Origin: Macrostomum lignano
Lineage: Eukaryota
Direction: 5' to 3'
Length of the DNA stretch: 64,000 nucleotides
NCBI GenBank assembly: GCA_002269645.1
Contig: NIVC01000052.1
Location: forward strand, 248,001 to 312,000
The translations under genes and the position numbers were made by a program. Shown piece after piece: positions 1-32,662 of the stretch. The notes below the pieces were generated by a model. The model did not search any database and was not told where the DNA came from. It saw only the letters and a list, made by a program, of their open reading frames with translations. Within the stretch, counting starts at the first letter, position 1. Every line of letters starts with the position of its first letter.

Positions 1-258
1 TTAAACATTAATGTAAAGGACATTATTTCTCTAAGAAAAAATATAGGAATTCATACAATAAGCTTTTATGTTAAGTTTTACTCAACCTTTTTGTCTCACT
101 GACTTCTAGAACTTTCTATTCCTGTACTCGTATGATAATTTCAGCACAGACTGGTCGCAAACCAGATGGTCATGGCAACATGACAGAGAGATGCAGTGGC
201 TGCAATAGAATTTTAAAAGTAAAAAATTCAGTTCTCAAATAGACTACTAAGCCAAAGT

Positions 259-1809
259 ATGGACAATGTTGACCTCGAACTGACACCAGACCTACTTGAG
301 CAGCAGCAAATTCCTCTAAGCGCCATCAGCCAAACCCTGCTTTTGTTGCTGAAGCCATTGGAAGATGCAACAACGCGAATTGTCACAGTTGATGGGGTGG
401 AGCTGCTGGACAATTTACAGGGACTGGCCGAACTGCTAATTTTCAAAGGTGAGATGTGTTGTATTGAGTTGAACTTTTGCCATTAGTATGCTATTGCAGT
501 GCAAGTCTGTCTCCAAATTGTACTTTATGTGCATGGGCCACCACAATAGTTATCCTTTGACAGGATCCTAAAGACAACGCAATTGAGCTTGAATCTAGTA
601 AACTACCCGAAGAAGCAACCATGCCCTAAGAATCTAAGAAGACCCCAAGCTACCCTAAGAATCGACCCCAAGCTACCCTAAGAATTGACCCCAAGCTACC
701 CTAAGAATCGACCCCAAGCTACCCTAAGAATTGACCCCAAGCTACCCTAAGAATCGACCTAAAACTACCCTAAGAATCGACCCCAAGCTACCCAAAGAAT
801 CGACCCCAAGCTACTCTAAGAATCGACACCAAGCTACCCTAAGAATCGACCCCAAGCTACCCTAAGAATTGACCCCAAGCTACCCTAAGAATCGACCCCA
901 AACTACCCTAAGAATCGACCCCAAGCTACCCTAAGAATCGACCCCAAGCTACCCTAAGAATCGACCCCAAGCTACCCTAAGAATCGACACCAAGCTACCC
1001 TAAGAATCGACACCAAGCTACCCTAAGAATCGACCCAAGCTACCCTAACTAACATTAACCTAACCCTATAAAACCAGGCTGCGTCACCGACTGGGGTCTG
1101 GCTGGTACGGCCTCGGTTAGCGCGGTGCTTGACACCTGGGGCCGGCAGGATCAGCGCGCTAGCTGTGCCGTCCTGTGGCGCCTGCTGGTGTCCCTCGGCC
1201 GGTTCGATTTGCTGCGCAGCATCCGCGGCCGCCTGCTGAGAGACGCGGAGCTGTACATGCAGAGCGAGCAGCGGGAGCGGCGGCGGCTGCGGGAGGCCAC
1301 ACAACAGCCGTCAGCCGCTCCCGAGCGGCGCTTTGACGTCTATGTGAGCTACTCCGAGACCTCGCAGGAGGACTCAGCGAGGGCGGCCGAGATTGTGGCC
1401 CGGCTGCGGGACAGCGGCTTCGATGTCATCAGCGCCGAGGACCGGCTGGCCGGTGGCTTCTCGCTGGACGAATTTCACGATATTGTGCGCCGGTGAGAGA
1501 GAGAAGCGTGTTTTGGCGGCCTGAGGTTATAAATGCAATTGAGTCACTGAGTCACTCCAACGCAGGTGCAGCCGGGTGCTGGTGCTGTGGTCCCGGGCCT
1601 ACGAGGCGGAGCCAGAGCTGCGCTACGAGCTTAGCCTCTCCCGCTCCATGGACCCGGCCGCCGATCGGCGTCGAGTGATCCCCGTCCTGCTGGACGACAC
1701 GCAGCGGCCCGGCCACCTGATCGGCATCCGGGCTGTTCGATTCGGCAGCCGCAACTGCATTCAGCAGCTTGTCAACTCTTTGAGAGATGGAAATGGACGG
1801 CGTAGCTGA
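259..1809 (+). CDS. MYD88: MyD88-like adaptor (death domain + TIR), join(259..448,1078..1492,1566..1809), 282 aa
   Basis: GT-AG, phase-consistent exons (phase 1, then 2). The death domain matches MyD88 by eye (IPLSAI, NLQGLAELLIF, VLDTW...SLGRFDLL). TIR box 1 is RRFDVYVSYS, followed by IVRRRCSRVLVLWS and RRVIPVLL. Confidence 0.85.
626..1048. repeat. 23-bp minisatellite (TACCCTAAGAATCGACCCCAAGC), ~18 copies, MyD88 intron 1
   Basis: Period of 23 measured (651 to 674). Each unit contains CCCTAA. Confidence 0.95.
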
Positions 1810-1849
1810 GTGAGACAGATTGGCGTTCAGTGTTGACAGTATTATCAGT

Positions 1850-2279
1850 GAGTTGGCTGTGCGGAGTGAAGTGGCTGTGCGGAGTGAGGTGGCTGTGCGG
1901 AGTGAGGTTGCTGTGCGGAGTGAGGTGGCTGTGCGGAGTGAGGTGGCTGTGCGGAGTGAGGTGGCTGTGCGGAGTGAGGTGGCTGCACGGAGTGAGGTGG
2001 CTGTGCGGAGTGAGGTGGCTGAACGGAGTGTGGTGGTTGTGCGGAGTGAGGTGGCTGCACGGAGTGAGGTGGCTGAACGGAGTGTGGTGGTTGTGCGGAG
2101 TGAGGTGGCTGCACGGAGTGAGGTGGCTGCACGGAGTGAGGTGGCTGTGCGGAGTGAGGTGGCTGCACGGAGTGAGGTGGCTGTGTGGAGTGAGGTGGCT
2201 GAACGGAGTGTGGTGGCTGTGCGGAGTGAGGTGGCTGTGCGGAGTGAGGTGGCTGCACGGAGTGAGGTGGCTGTGCGGA
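1850..2279 (+). repeat. 18-bp minisatellite (GTGGCTGTGCGGAGTGAG), ~24 copies, just 3' of MyD88 stop
   Basis: Direct tandem units; source of the spurious ORFs at 1552-2449. Confidence 0.95.
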
Positions 2280-3084
2280 ACGTCTCGAGATCGAACTTGC
2301 TCGCATGTATTTGCAGATTAATTTCTTCTCTTTGTAATTCATTCGTGATAAAAAGCTGCCTGTTCTTGCTTCCAATCCGATTAAATGCTTGCATGTATTT
2401 TATTTGCTATTTACAATATTTTGGTTCTTTTTACATCGCTACTATTTGATGAACAGTAGTATAACCAAATTTGGTGCCTTATTTTTTTGTGGGTATTTTG
2501 ATGCACTTACTGTCCTTTTGCGATAATAGAGTTAAGGTAGTCGTAAATAAATTTATGTATCATATAATCGTATGATATATGAACTCCAATCATTTCATTT
2601 GGTATTTCACCCTTTTAAATAGCTGTTTTCAAACAAGAGTTGAATAAATTTTAACTGCGACCTCTTCTAAAGTTATTTTGTTTTTACAAAATATAGTGCT
2701 ACTGTGTGCAATAGAAAGTATTGATAGAAAAATATGTTGATCGATTTTGACGCGATAACTTTGTGCTTTTTGTAGAGTCAAAAATGAATTTTTTTATTTG
2801 TTCTACTCTTTATGATCTTAAGCAATTAGGTGCGCTGGGAGAGTGGACTGTGTCAGGGAATTGTTATACTCGTAGTAGTACAGTAATGTTTGCAAAGTGT
2901 TTGCGAATCGTGTATTTAAATAAATTTGGGGAAGTCGCGAAATTCAACAGCGTTAGACTGAAAATTAAAGTATTTATCGTCTGACAAATTCGTAAGAAAG
3001 CTGATGAACTGGACTGCCGTTGGCTTGAATCTTTACTACTGCGATGTGCAAGGAAATTTCTGAATTCTTTATATCAGCATTAAG

Positions 3085-3300
3085 CCACCCGCACAGCCAC
3101 CTCACTCCGCGCAGCCACCTCGTTCTGCACAGCCACCTCGTTCTGCACAGCCACCTCGTTCTGCACAGCCACCTCACTCCGCACAGCCACCTCACTCCGC
3201 ACAGCCACCTCACTCCGCACAGCCACCTCACTCCGCACAGCAACCTCACTCCGCACAGCCACTTCACTCCGCACAGCCATCTCACTCCGCACAACCACCG
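3085..3300 (-). repeat. Inverted copy of the same 18-bp minisatellite (CTCACTCCGCACAGCCAC), ~12 copies
   Basis: Unit is the exact reverse complement of the 1850..2279 unit. Confidence 0.95.
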
Positions 3301-3569
3301 CATATGGCTTGGAATGCATGCTCTTCTGATTGAACTATGTCCAGAATATCGCAACTCTCTCATTGACAATCGTGGTTAACTCCCACAATTTGATGAGAAT
3401 TAATAGAAAGTTCAACAGTAAAAAGCAGAATAATTTTCACTCTGGCAAAATGTGCTCTAAATTGCTGTTGAAGTGAGGAAAAGCATCGCCCGGATAGAGT
3501 TACAGGTGAGATAGAATTAGTCTCGGGGTGCAAACCGGATTCCAATGCACCCAGCAAGAACGCCAGCAG

Positions 3570-5145
3570 CTAACTGCTTGATGCAGTCTGGTTCATCAGC
3601 CGCTTCTCGCAGAGCACTCGCTTCTCGAATATGTAGCCGCCTGTGACCTCGTCTCTCACCTGGCGCCAATCGGTGTTCAGGTCCGTCTGCTCCCAGGATG
3701 CGCCGCCACCGCCTGCGCCACTGACACCGCCTCCTCCGCTGCCGCCGTCTCCGCCACCAACGTCTTCACCAGCGCTGCCGCTTTCGCCGCCTGCGTCGCC
3801 GCTCGCCTGCTGCTCCTTGGCGACATTGTCCTGATCGGACACGTAGCAATGGTAGCCGGCCGGGCAGGCGCAAGCGAATTTCACGTCAACTGGCCCGTCC
3901 TCCGTTCGCTTTCGCTTCCTGGCGCAGGTGCCGCCGATCAGCTTGTTGTCACTTTGCGTCTGAGTTCCCGGACTTTCCGCGCTGCTGCACTGGCAGAGCT
4001 TGCAGCCGAATTCGTAAACCCACTGCTCTGCCTCCAGGTGCCAGCCGAGTAGATAGAACAGTGGGGCCTGGATTGGTAATGGTTCAGTGTCTGGGGCCTG
4101 GATTGGCAATGGTTCAGTGTCTGGTGCCTGGATTGGTAATGGTTCAGTGTCTGGGGCCTGGATTGGTAATGGTTAAGTGTCTAGGGCCTGGATTGGTAAT
4201 GGTTCTGTGTCTCGTGGGGCCTGGATTGGTAATGGTTCTGTGTCTCGTGGGGCCTGGATTGGTAATGTTTCTGTGTCTCGTGGGGCCTGGATTGGTAATA
4301 GTTCTGTGTCTCGTGGGGCCTGGATTGGTAATGGTTCAGTGTCTAGGGCCTGGATTGGTAATGGTTCTGTGTCTCGTGGGGCCTGGATTGGTAATGGTTC
4401 TGTGTCTCGTGGGGCCTGGATTGGTAATGGTTCTGTGTCTCGTGGGGCCTGGATTGGTAATAGTTCTGTGTCTCGTGGGGCCTGGATTGGTAATGTTTCA
4501 GTGTCTAGGGCCTGGATTGGTAATGTTTCAGTGTCTAGGGCCTGGATTGGTAATGGTTCTGTGTCTCGTGGGGCCTGGATTGGTAATGGTTCTGTGTCTC
4601 GTGGGGCCTGGATTGGTAATGGTTCAGTGTCTGGTGCCTAGGTTGGCAATTTTTTCCAACTGTAGTATCTCCTCCGCACACTTTTAGTGTCTTAAGAGTC
4701 CGCCCAGCCTCACCCCGTTGGCTCCATCGGTGGGGGCAGGTGGGCAGCGGCAGTAGATCTGCTCCAACGCTGGCTCCCAACTGTTCCTCGGGCTCACAAA
4801 GACCGCCGCCTTGACCTCGCTGGGCCGGCAGGAGTGCACCTGACGGAAGTCGGTGCACTTGAGAAACTGCACCCGCATCCGGGCGTACTCAAAGTGCTGC
4901 CACAGGAAGCTGTTGCCAGCCCGCAGGTCTACTGGGGCGCTGCAGTTGATGCAGCCGTTGCAGTAGCGGCCCTGGTCAATTACTTTGTCGGGGAATTGGA
5001 TCACAGCGTTGCACACTCGCTCGCTGCCAAGGCATTCTGGCTCGGATTTTTTGCCTTTCTGACCGGCCGACACAGCTGGATAGAGGATGAGCACCAGGGC
5101 CGGTAGGAGCAGCAGCAGGATGTTGTACCGATAATTTGCTGTCAT
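3570..5145 (-). CDS. Secreted Argos/giant-lens-like cysteine-rich protein, complement(join(3570..4067,4714..5145)), 309 aa
   Basis: Signal peptide NILLLLLPALVLILYPAVSA; 17 Cys; phase-0 intron 4068..4713. Motif order resembles Argos: FLKC..RQVHSC, LEQIYCRCP, FYL..YEFGC, ACACPAGYHC, terminal YIF..VLC. Confidence 0.7.
4063..4640. repeat. 30/33-bp minisatellite (GGGCCTGGATTGGTAATGGTTC[A/T]GTGTCT[CGT]G) filling the Argos-like intron
   Basis: Tandem units of two lengths; the last unit overlaps the predicted 3' splice site. Confidence 0.93.
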
Positions 5146-5819
5146 GTCTGTTGGTCTGTCTAAGTCTAAGTTGGATGTGTCTGTCTCTATGCATCCGCAT
5201 ATATACATATTTTGCGAGAGCATTTGCCCCCCCCCCCGCTCCTCTCAGCGGCTGTGAGTGGCGCCGACCCGGTGCTGCCCGGGACCAGTGCGAGGCGAAG
5301 GGGGAAGCGGAGGTCATTAATTGATTGGCGAGGCAACTGGATGAGGGGCCGGGGCGATGGAGAGAGAGAGAGAGAGAGACCAGAAAGTAATGCAATCAAG
5401 TGCAGCTGGGTCGGGACCGAGCAGCGGTGTGTCTTTTTTCTGATGAAACTCCCCCCCCCCCAGTTCGAGTCGGAAATGCAAAGTGGCGAATTTCTGGGGC
5501 TCATTGCAGTCTGGACCGCTCCCTCACGTCACGAACTCGCCATTGGCAGGATGCGAATGCGGCTCAGGTTCCCGAGGGAGCCGCCAGCGAGTCTGCGGGG
5601 AGTTCTGGGTGGCCTCTCAGCTGCTGGAAAAGTTTCTGCGGGGAAATGCGCGGAATAGCGGAGTGTAAGAGGGCAAATGGATGTCGGCAATGCGGGATAA
5701 GAGGTCTGCCTCCTCCCTGCAGACTCCGCTGAGGCTGCGGCAAGTCCAGTTCTGCATCTCAGCAAGTTTCTGCTTGTATTATTGCTGCTTCACCCTGTTT
5801 TGCAAAATTTATGAGTAGC

Positions 5820-6250
5820 TGCGAAAGAGAAAGGTTGAGAAGTTTGGAAGATAAAATGAGACAGGAAAGGGAGAGCCGAGAGGGGAGATAATGGGGGAGA
5901 GTAGAGAGGGGGGTGGGTAGGGAATGGGGATAGAAGAGAGGGAAGAGAATGGGTAGAGAATGGGGAGAGCAGAGAGGGGAGAGAATGGGGGAGAGTAGAG
6001 AGGGGGGATTGGTTGGGAATGGGGATAGCAGAGAGGGTAGAGAATGGGTAGAGAATGGGGAGAGCAGAGAGGGAGAGAATGGGGAGAGCAGAAAGGGGAG
6101 ATAATAGGGGAGAGCAGAGAGGGGAGAGCAGAGAGGGGAGAGCAGAGAGGGGAGAGCAGAGAGAGGGAGAATGGGGAGAGAATGGGGAGAGCAGAGAAGG
6201 GAGATAATAGGGGAGAGAATGGGGAGAGCAGAGAGGGGAGAGCAGCGAGG
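5820..6250. repeat. Degenerate purine (AG)-rich repeat (GAGAGCAGAGAGGG-like)
   Basis: Low-complexity A/G tract; produces L/S/P-rich spurious ORFs. Confidence 0.85.
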
Positions 6251-7856
6251 GAGATCGGTCAACAATGACCTCATTACACCAGCTCAATCCCGCCTGAGCA
6301 GCAATTGAAGAGAGGATAACGAATCACATGGGGCTGAGGGCTATGGCGTATTTAATCAGGATACCGGGCAAGCCCGCTACGGAAGTCATATTTTGCCGCA
6401 CTTCAGAATCCTCGCAAAGCTCACGGGGCGGTCAGGCCCACAGAGGGCCTCTCTCACTGCCTTCCGGAGCTCTGTATGAGAGCGCACAAGCAGAAATGAG
6501 CGAGGTCTCTCCCATATTGCCTCTTGCGAGAGTGCGAGAACGGGCGCCATTAGCCCCGCAGGAATTCCGCCAATAAACTTCCACCTATCCTCCAGCATCT
6601 CTCGCACGCCATCCGCGGCAGAAACCGGAGGCTGAGACGCATACGAATAGAGAGAGGGGACGGAACTATGCTGACAGCTGATCAATAATTAATAAGGAAC
6701 TGTTTTCCGAATGCTGCTGGGTCTTCACCTCTTTGAGCTGTGCGTGTGTGAGCGTTTCGTATGGTTGAAAATGAAATATAATTCCACAAATTTTGTAGAA
6801 ATTCAACTCAAGAAAGTGCATATCGTAGTCTCGAAGCTCTACTACTAATCACAGATCAGTTAGTAGGATAATAAGGACATCCATCGCATTCACAGATACT
6901 AGAATAACTAGATGGGCCATTCAGCACATTCAGTAAGCAAGCTACTTTCAGTTCAGTAGTAAGTTAAACTGAAGCATTTAATGTATTTTAAAGCCAAGGC
7001 TCATTTGTTGACTCTTACAACACTACCTTCCAACCGCGCCTTTCCCACACTACCCCCCCCCGCCCCAATTTTATTGCCTTTCTCGGTATTCCAGCCTAAA
7101 GCTGCTATGTACATTTCAGTGGACTGGCTAATGTACATTACTGCTGAACCAATTAGCAAGCTGTTTACGCCTGCAAGCTTGGGCTTCTAAACTTATCAAA
7201 GTCATTTCAGCTGCCTTTATTTTTATAAAATAAGCTTATGTATTCTTCTTTGCTACTGAACTGAAAGTAGAAAGCTGTTTCACTAAGTATAAGTATAAAT
7301 TTAAAATTGTCTGAATTATATCATAGAATAATTAATAGTTTTGCAGTACCTTACAGCTTACAAGCAGCAGTTAAACATATATTTGAGCACCAGGAGGAGA
7401 GGCAGAGACCGAGGAGACGCCACCAGTCAGGCCCGCTATGTTTGTCTTTCTACTACGCAGTTCTACCTGCCAAAATTCTTGGGCCTCAACTTTACCGTCT
7501 CGAGACCGGAATTTCTTGGCGCGAGAGCGGCGACAACCTCAGACCCTGTTCAATGTGCAGCGAGCACGCGCGCTGAGATCTACTCGCGAAAGGAATAGTG
7601 TACACAGCCGCTCACCCACTAGCTGGCAGGCAATAGCCAGAGAGAAAGCAGAGACAGGCAATGTAAAAAAACACACTCAGCGCTCTCAACAGCTGCCCTG
7701 CCCCTGCACCCCGAACTACCCCTGGCAGGTAACTCAGCCACCGAGCTCATAACTTATAAAACACTGGCCTGTTTAGCAAACTATTTGCTCCCCGCTCTCA
7801 ACACACTGCGCAAAAGTCAGTCACCCGGCTTGCTGCTAGAAGCAACAGAGAAAAAA

Positions 7857-14115
<6,259 letters not shown>

Positions 14116-14227
14116 TTGCAAATTTCCTACGACCATCAAGAGTTTTGATAGTGACTGCACGTTATGTAATGATTTGAGCAAACTTGCTTTCTTATTTATC
14201 AGATTTTATTCTGAGGAGCACATCTTA

Positions 14228-14600
14228 TTGGGATTTCCCCGATCCTCTCGTCTCATTGGCTAGTGGTTTGGTGTGACCTTGGCATTTCCAGTTGGGATTT
14301 CCCCGATCCTCTCGTCCCATTGGCTAGTGACTTGGTGTGACCTTGGCACTTCCAGGGATTTCCCCTATCTGCTTGTCTTATTGACTAGTGACTTGGTATG
14401 ACCTTGGCACTTCCAGGAAATCCCCTATCTGCCTGTCTCATTGGCTAGCGGAATTGGTGTGACCTTGGTACTTCCAGTTGGATTTTCCCAATCCGGCCGC
14501 TCGTCTCATTGGCTAGCGGAATTGGTGTGACCTTGGCACTTCCAGTTGGAATTTCCCAATCCGCTCGTCTCATTATCAAGCGGCTTAGCGTGGCCTTGGG
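14228..14600. repeat. Degenerate ~57-63-bp tandem repeat, ~6 copies (GGGATTTCCCC.ATCC..TCGTCTCATTGGCTAG..TTGGTGTGACCTTGGCACTTCCAG)
   Basis: Visible diverged tandem units 3' of the NPH3-like stop. Confidence 0.85.
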
Positions 14601-15562
14601 TTAGACATTCTTCTTTCCGTCCATTTTTACTACATTTTAGAACACGCTCTTAGTTTTAGGTGTTACAAAAATGCGACATACTGAAAAGTGCACTGTGTAC
14701 TCAGAGCTTGGATGCGTCAGAAAACGCAACGATAGTGTTCACTGGCTGAGCGCTTGTTGCTACATTTATTAATATTTTATAGCCATACATTTTTATAATA
14801 TTTAGGTTTTATATTTTATAGCACAGGCGATGCGTTTTACTACTTATTTACTTTCGCTTCAGTAGTATATACCGATACAAGATTTATCTTCAACAGTTCA
14901 TTCTGCTGCTGCACTGATAGAAATCCATTAATAGCGTCTCTTCTTAAAATTTCACCCCAATTCTTCTTTTCCATGAATTTTAGGATCTATTTTTCAAGCA
15001 AAGGAAGTCAGTGAATAATAAATTCAATGCAGTTATACATTAATTTTGTTGGTCATTTCACACGCTAAATATTGATTAGTTTGAACAGCACCCATGACTG
15101 AAGCTGTGCAGTGTTCTTGCAATTTTGATATTATTAATAATATTTCCTTTGAATTTTCATCATCCTTCAATATTCACAATTTAACAGGTGCAAAGAAAAA
15201 ATAATTTTCAACTTTAAACAAGCTCCAACAAATTGCTAAATTTAAATAAACATTGTACTTTTAATGAAAAAAAACAAATTTATAACAAACTCAGCCGTTA
15301 TCGTGTATTTTCTTGGGTTTCATTAGCAAACAACATCTGAAAACTTTAATGAAACAGACATGTTTTACTGCGGATCGTAGGAAGCGAACAGAAAATTAGA
15401 TAATTATAATCCAGCCAGCTAATTATGGTCTCAGTCGTTGCTGATTGAATTAAAACAAATTTACCGCATAGAAATCGCGCGCATCAAACAATCCTTTTGA
15501 AGTTGAAGAAAACATTTTTAATCAAAATAATAACAAAAAAACTGTCGATCTTTGAAGCTTGC

Positions 15563-24006
<8,444 letters not shown>

Positions 24007-25320
24007 TTTGCAGACTGCAATGATTTCAGTGGTGTTACAAGTGAATATATAAATACAGAATAAGTAGTAGTCAACATTTTAATCAGTTGCCAATTAGGAT
24101 CTGATCAGTAATCTAATTTTGTTCTAAAAATTATTAAATAATTTTTTAATTAAAACTCTCATTGTCAAAAATAAAAAAAATGTAAAATGTAATGTAAAAA
24201 ATGTAATATAAAAAATGTAAAATTTATGTTCCGAATTTTTTTCGAGCATACTGAACATTAACTCATAATAGAGGATCTGTGAATCTGCACTAAGTAAGCA
24301 AGTTAGTATCTTCCATATACTAAAAATGGTTTGTTTGTTTGTACAATTTAGTAACTAAATAGATAGTCTAATGTATCTTTATACAGCAATATTAGTATTT
24401 AATTCCATTTCGGCTAAAATATTATTTGACCTATTGATTTTTACATCTATATTCTATAAATCATACTTTCTTGAAGTTTAGGCTCGAAACATTGCTTTGT
24501 GGTTTGACAATGATATATTAGTGTACTAACTTTAATAATATAATGGAAATATAGCTGTGTATTCTCATGAACTAACATGCATAAAGATAACTTAATGTAT
24601 TTTTACTAGTGTTTGTTTGCAATAATCTTTGTTTTAGAAATGTCAAAATATTTGTCAGAAGAGTTGCACTCTTTCTATTATTTTATCAAAGACCTTGATT
24701 CTAAAAAGATGTTAAACTCTGTTAAAATGAAAGGAAAGAAGGGATTCCGATGCATTCTGATTTGCTTGATGCCCTGACTGGCTATAGTCTATAGACTATA
24801 GAAATGTAGGCAGAAGACAATTAACAAATTGGCCTTTAAACCTTAGACAATTTGATTTATGCAACAGAGGTCTATTTAGAATAACTGAAAAGAAAGTTCT
24901 CAGACATAAAAATCAAGGAAACAAGAAAAGAAGGTAACCAATCTCAACAGAAATTGTGGAATAATTTTCGAAATATTTATCGTGCACACGTTTCTTAAAA
25001 ATCAATTTTATAGACTCGCGTTATAAAATTTTCTACGCTGTTGTCATGGTAAAAGCGGCTATAACAAAGTAGTTCAGACAATTTATTTATTTTTTACCGT
25101 ACGGCAGTTTAGGTATTCAATATGATTTAAGAGAAATTTATGTGTCGATCTTATGTTTAATATGCAGTAGTATTATTGTTAAACTGTAAACAATTCCCAA
25201 AGACAAAGTTAAGCCTTTCGCAGATTTTTTACTGAATCCTTGCGAAGGTTGCAGACAAATTCGAATTAAAAATTACTCTTTGTCCGTTTTCTTTAGATAT
25301 CCAGGAAGTCTTGCTTAGCC

Positions 25321-31499
<6,179 letters not shown>

Positions 31500-32144
31500 G
31501 TGCTAAAATGCTCCCCCCTATTTGGACATCGGATAATAATATACACGTATTTTTAGACTACTATTAGTAAGCAGCAAGCGTTTGTTATGTAGCTTCGCTA
31601 ATAAAATCAAATTGAACCCGTAGTTATGAGCAGACATTTGTTATTATAGAATTTGTGTCTCCTAGCAATTGACATCGCTTTCTTAACAGACAGTATGCAA
31701 AAAACACCCAGTGAGTTTTTTGATTTTGCACCTATCTGTGCCTGCTCACCATAACAGACTACTGTCTAAGTAGGCACAGCAACATTTTACTCGTGTTTGT
31801 AGATTTGTTGTCAATCTTTCTCCCTTAGATATGAAATCGATTTTTTTAATTAGCAGTTTCTCTCCTCTGGTGTTGTTTTCAATTTTTTTTTGCTTTTAGT
31901 TCCCTGTATGTACTACTTAATACACAGATAGTAAATTAGTAGTAAATAAAGTCTATTATTGCCCATATTAGCTCTTTGTTTAGGTTTAAAAAAATACACA
32001 GAGTTAAGAAAATTTGATCCTGTTTTTTAGTACACCGCTTCAGTGTCCAGCAATCAGCGTGAACACCTTGCACTCTTGCATACTGTTGCTTTTAATTTGC
32101 TTCAACTTGACCTTCTGTGCAGTGGGCTCTGAGTTTCATTCGGT

Positions 32145-32280
32145 GGGCTGTCACCAATTACCAAGCATCACCCAGCGGGCTGTCACCAATTACCAAGCAT
32201 CACCCAACGGGCTGTCACCAATTACCAAGCATCACCCAGCGGGCTGTCACCAATTATCAAGCATCACCCAGCGGGCTGTC
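32145..32280. repeat. 32-bp tandem repeat, 4 copies (GGGCTGTCACCAATTACCAAGCATCACCCAGC)
   Basis: Period of 32 (32145 to 32177). Confidence 0.92.
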
Positions 32281-32662
32281 ATTTTTTTAAAGCAGCACTG
32301 GGAGAGTATTAAAGCACTTCTAAAAGTACAATTTGTTATCTAAAAAAGTCGTTAATTAAGTCCGTGTTTCGAGGACGAAACTGACACGTAAAAAATTCTA
32401 AAATCGCCAGCTCCAAAGCGCATCGGTGTTGATTGAAAAGCCGTCAGTTCTCGAGCTCGCTGCAGTTATTTGTCAGTTTAGTCTATGGCCCAGCCTCCTG
32501 CTCAGTTCGATTGCTTCCTTAACGCAACGCACAGAGATTTCAGAAATCTACTAGAAGCAGCAAAGGCGTTGTTTCGGTCTCTGCTGCTTATGGAATTGTA
32601 GGCTGATAGAAGTCAGGCCAGAAGTCGCTTCTACAGCAGCAGCAGCAGATCGGGGAGCCGCC

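Noticed and set aside
564-625. Possible extra MyD88 exon after TTTGACAG (563)
   Set aside because: Hits a stop immediately in the required phase; 448 joins 1078 directly in frame.
6328-6685. Short ORFs in the Argos/NPH3-like intergenic region
   Set aside because: No recognisable motifs or consistent splice partners.
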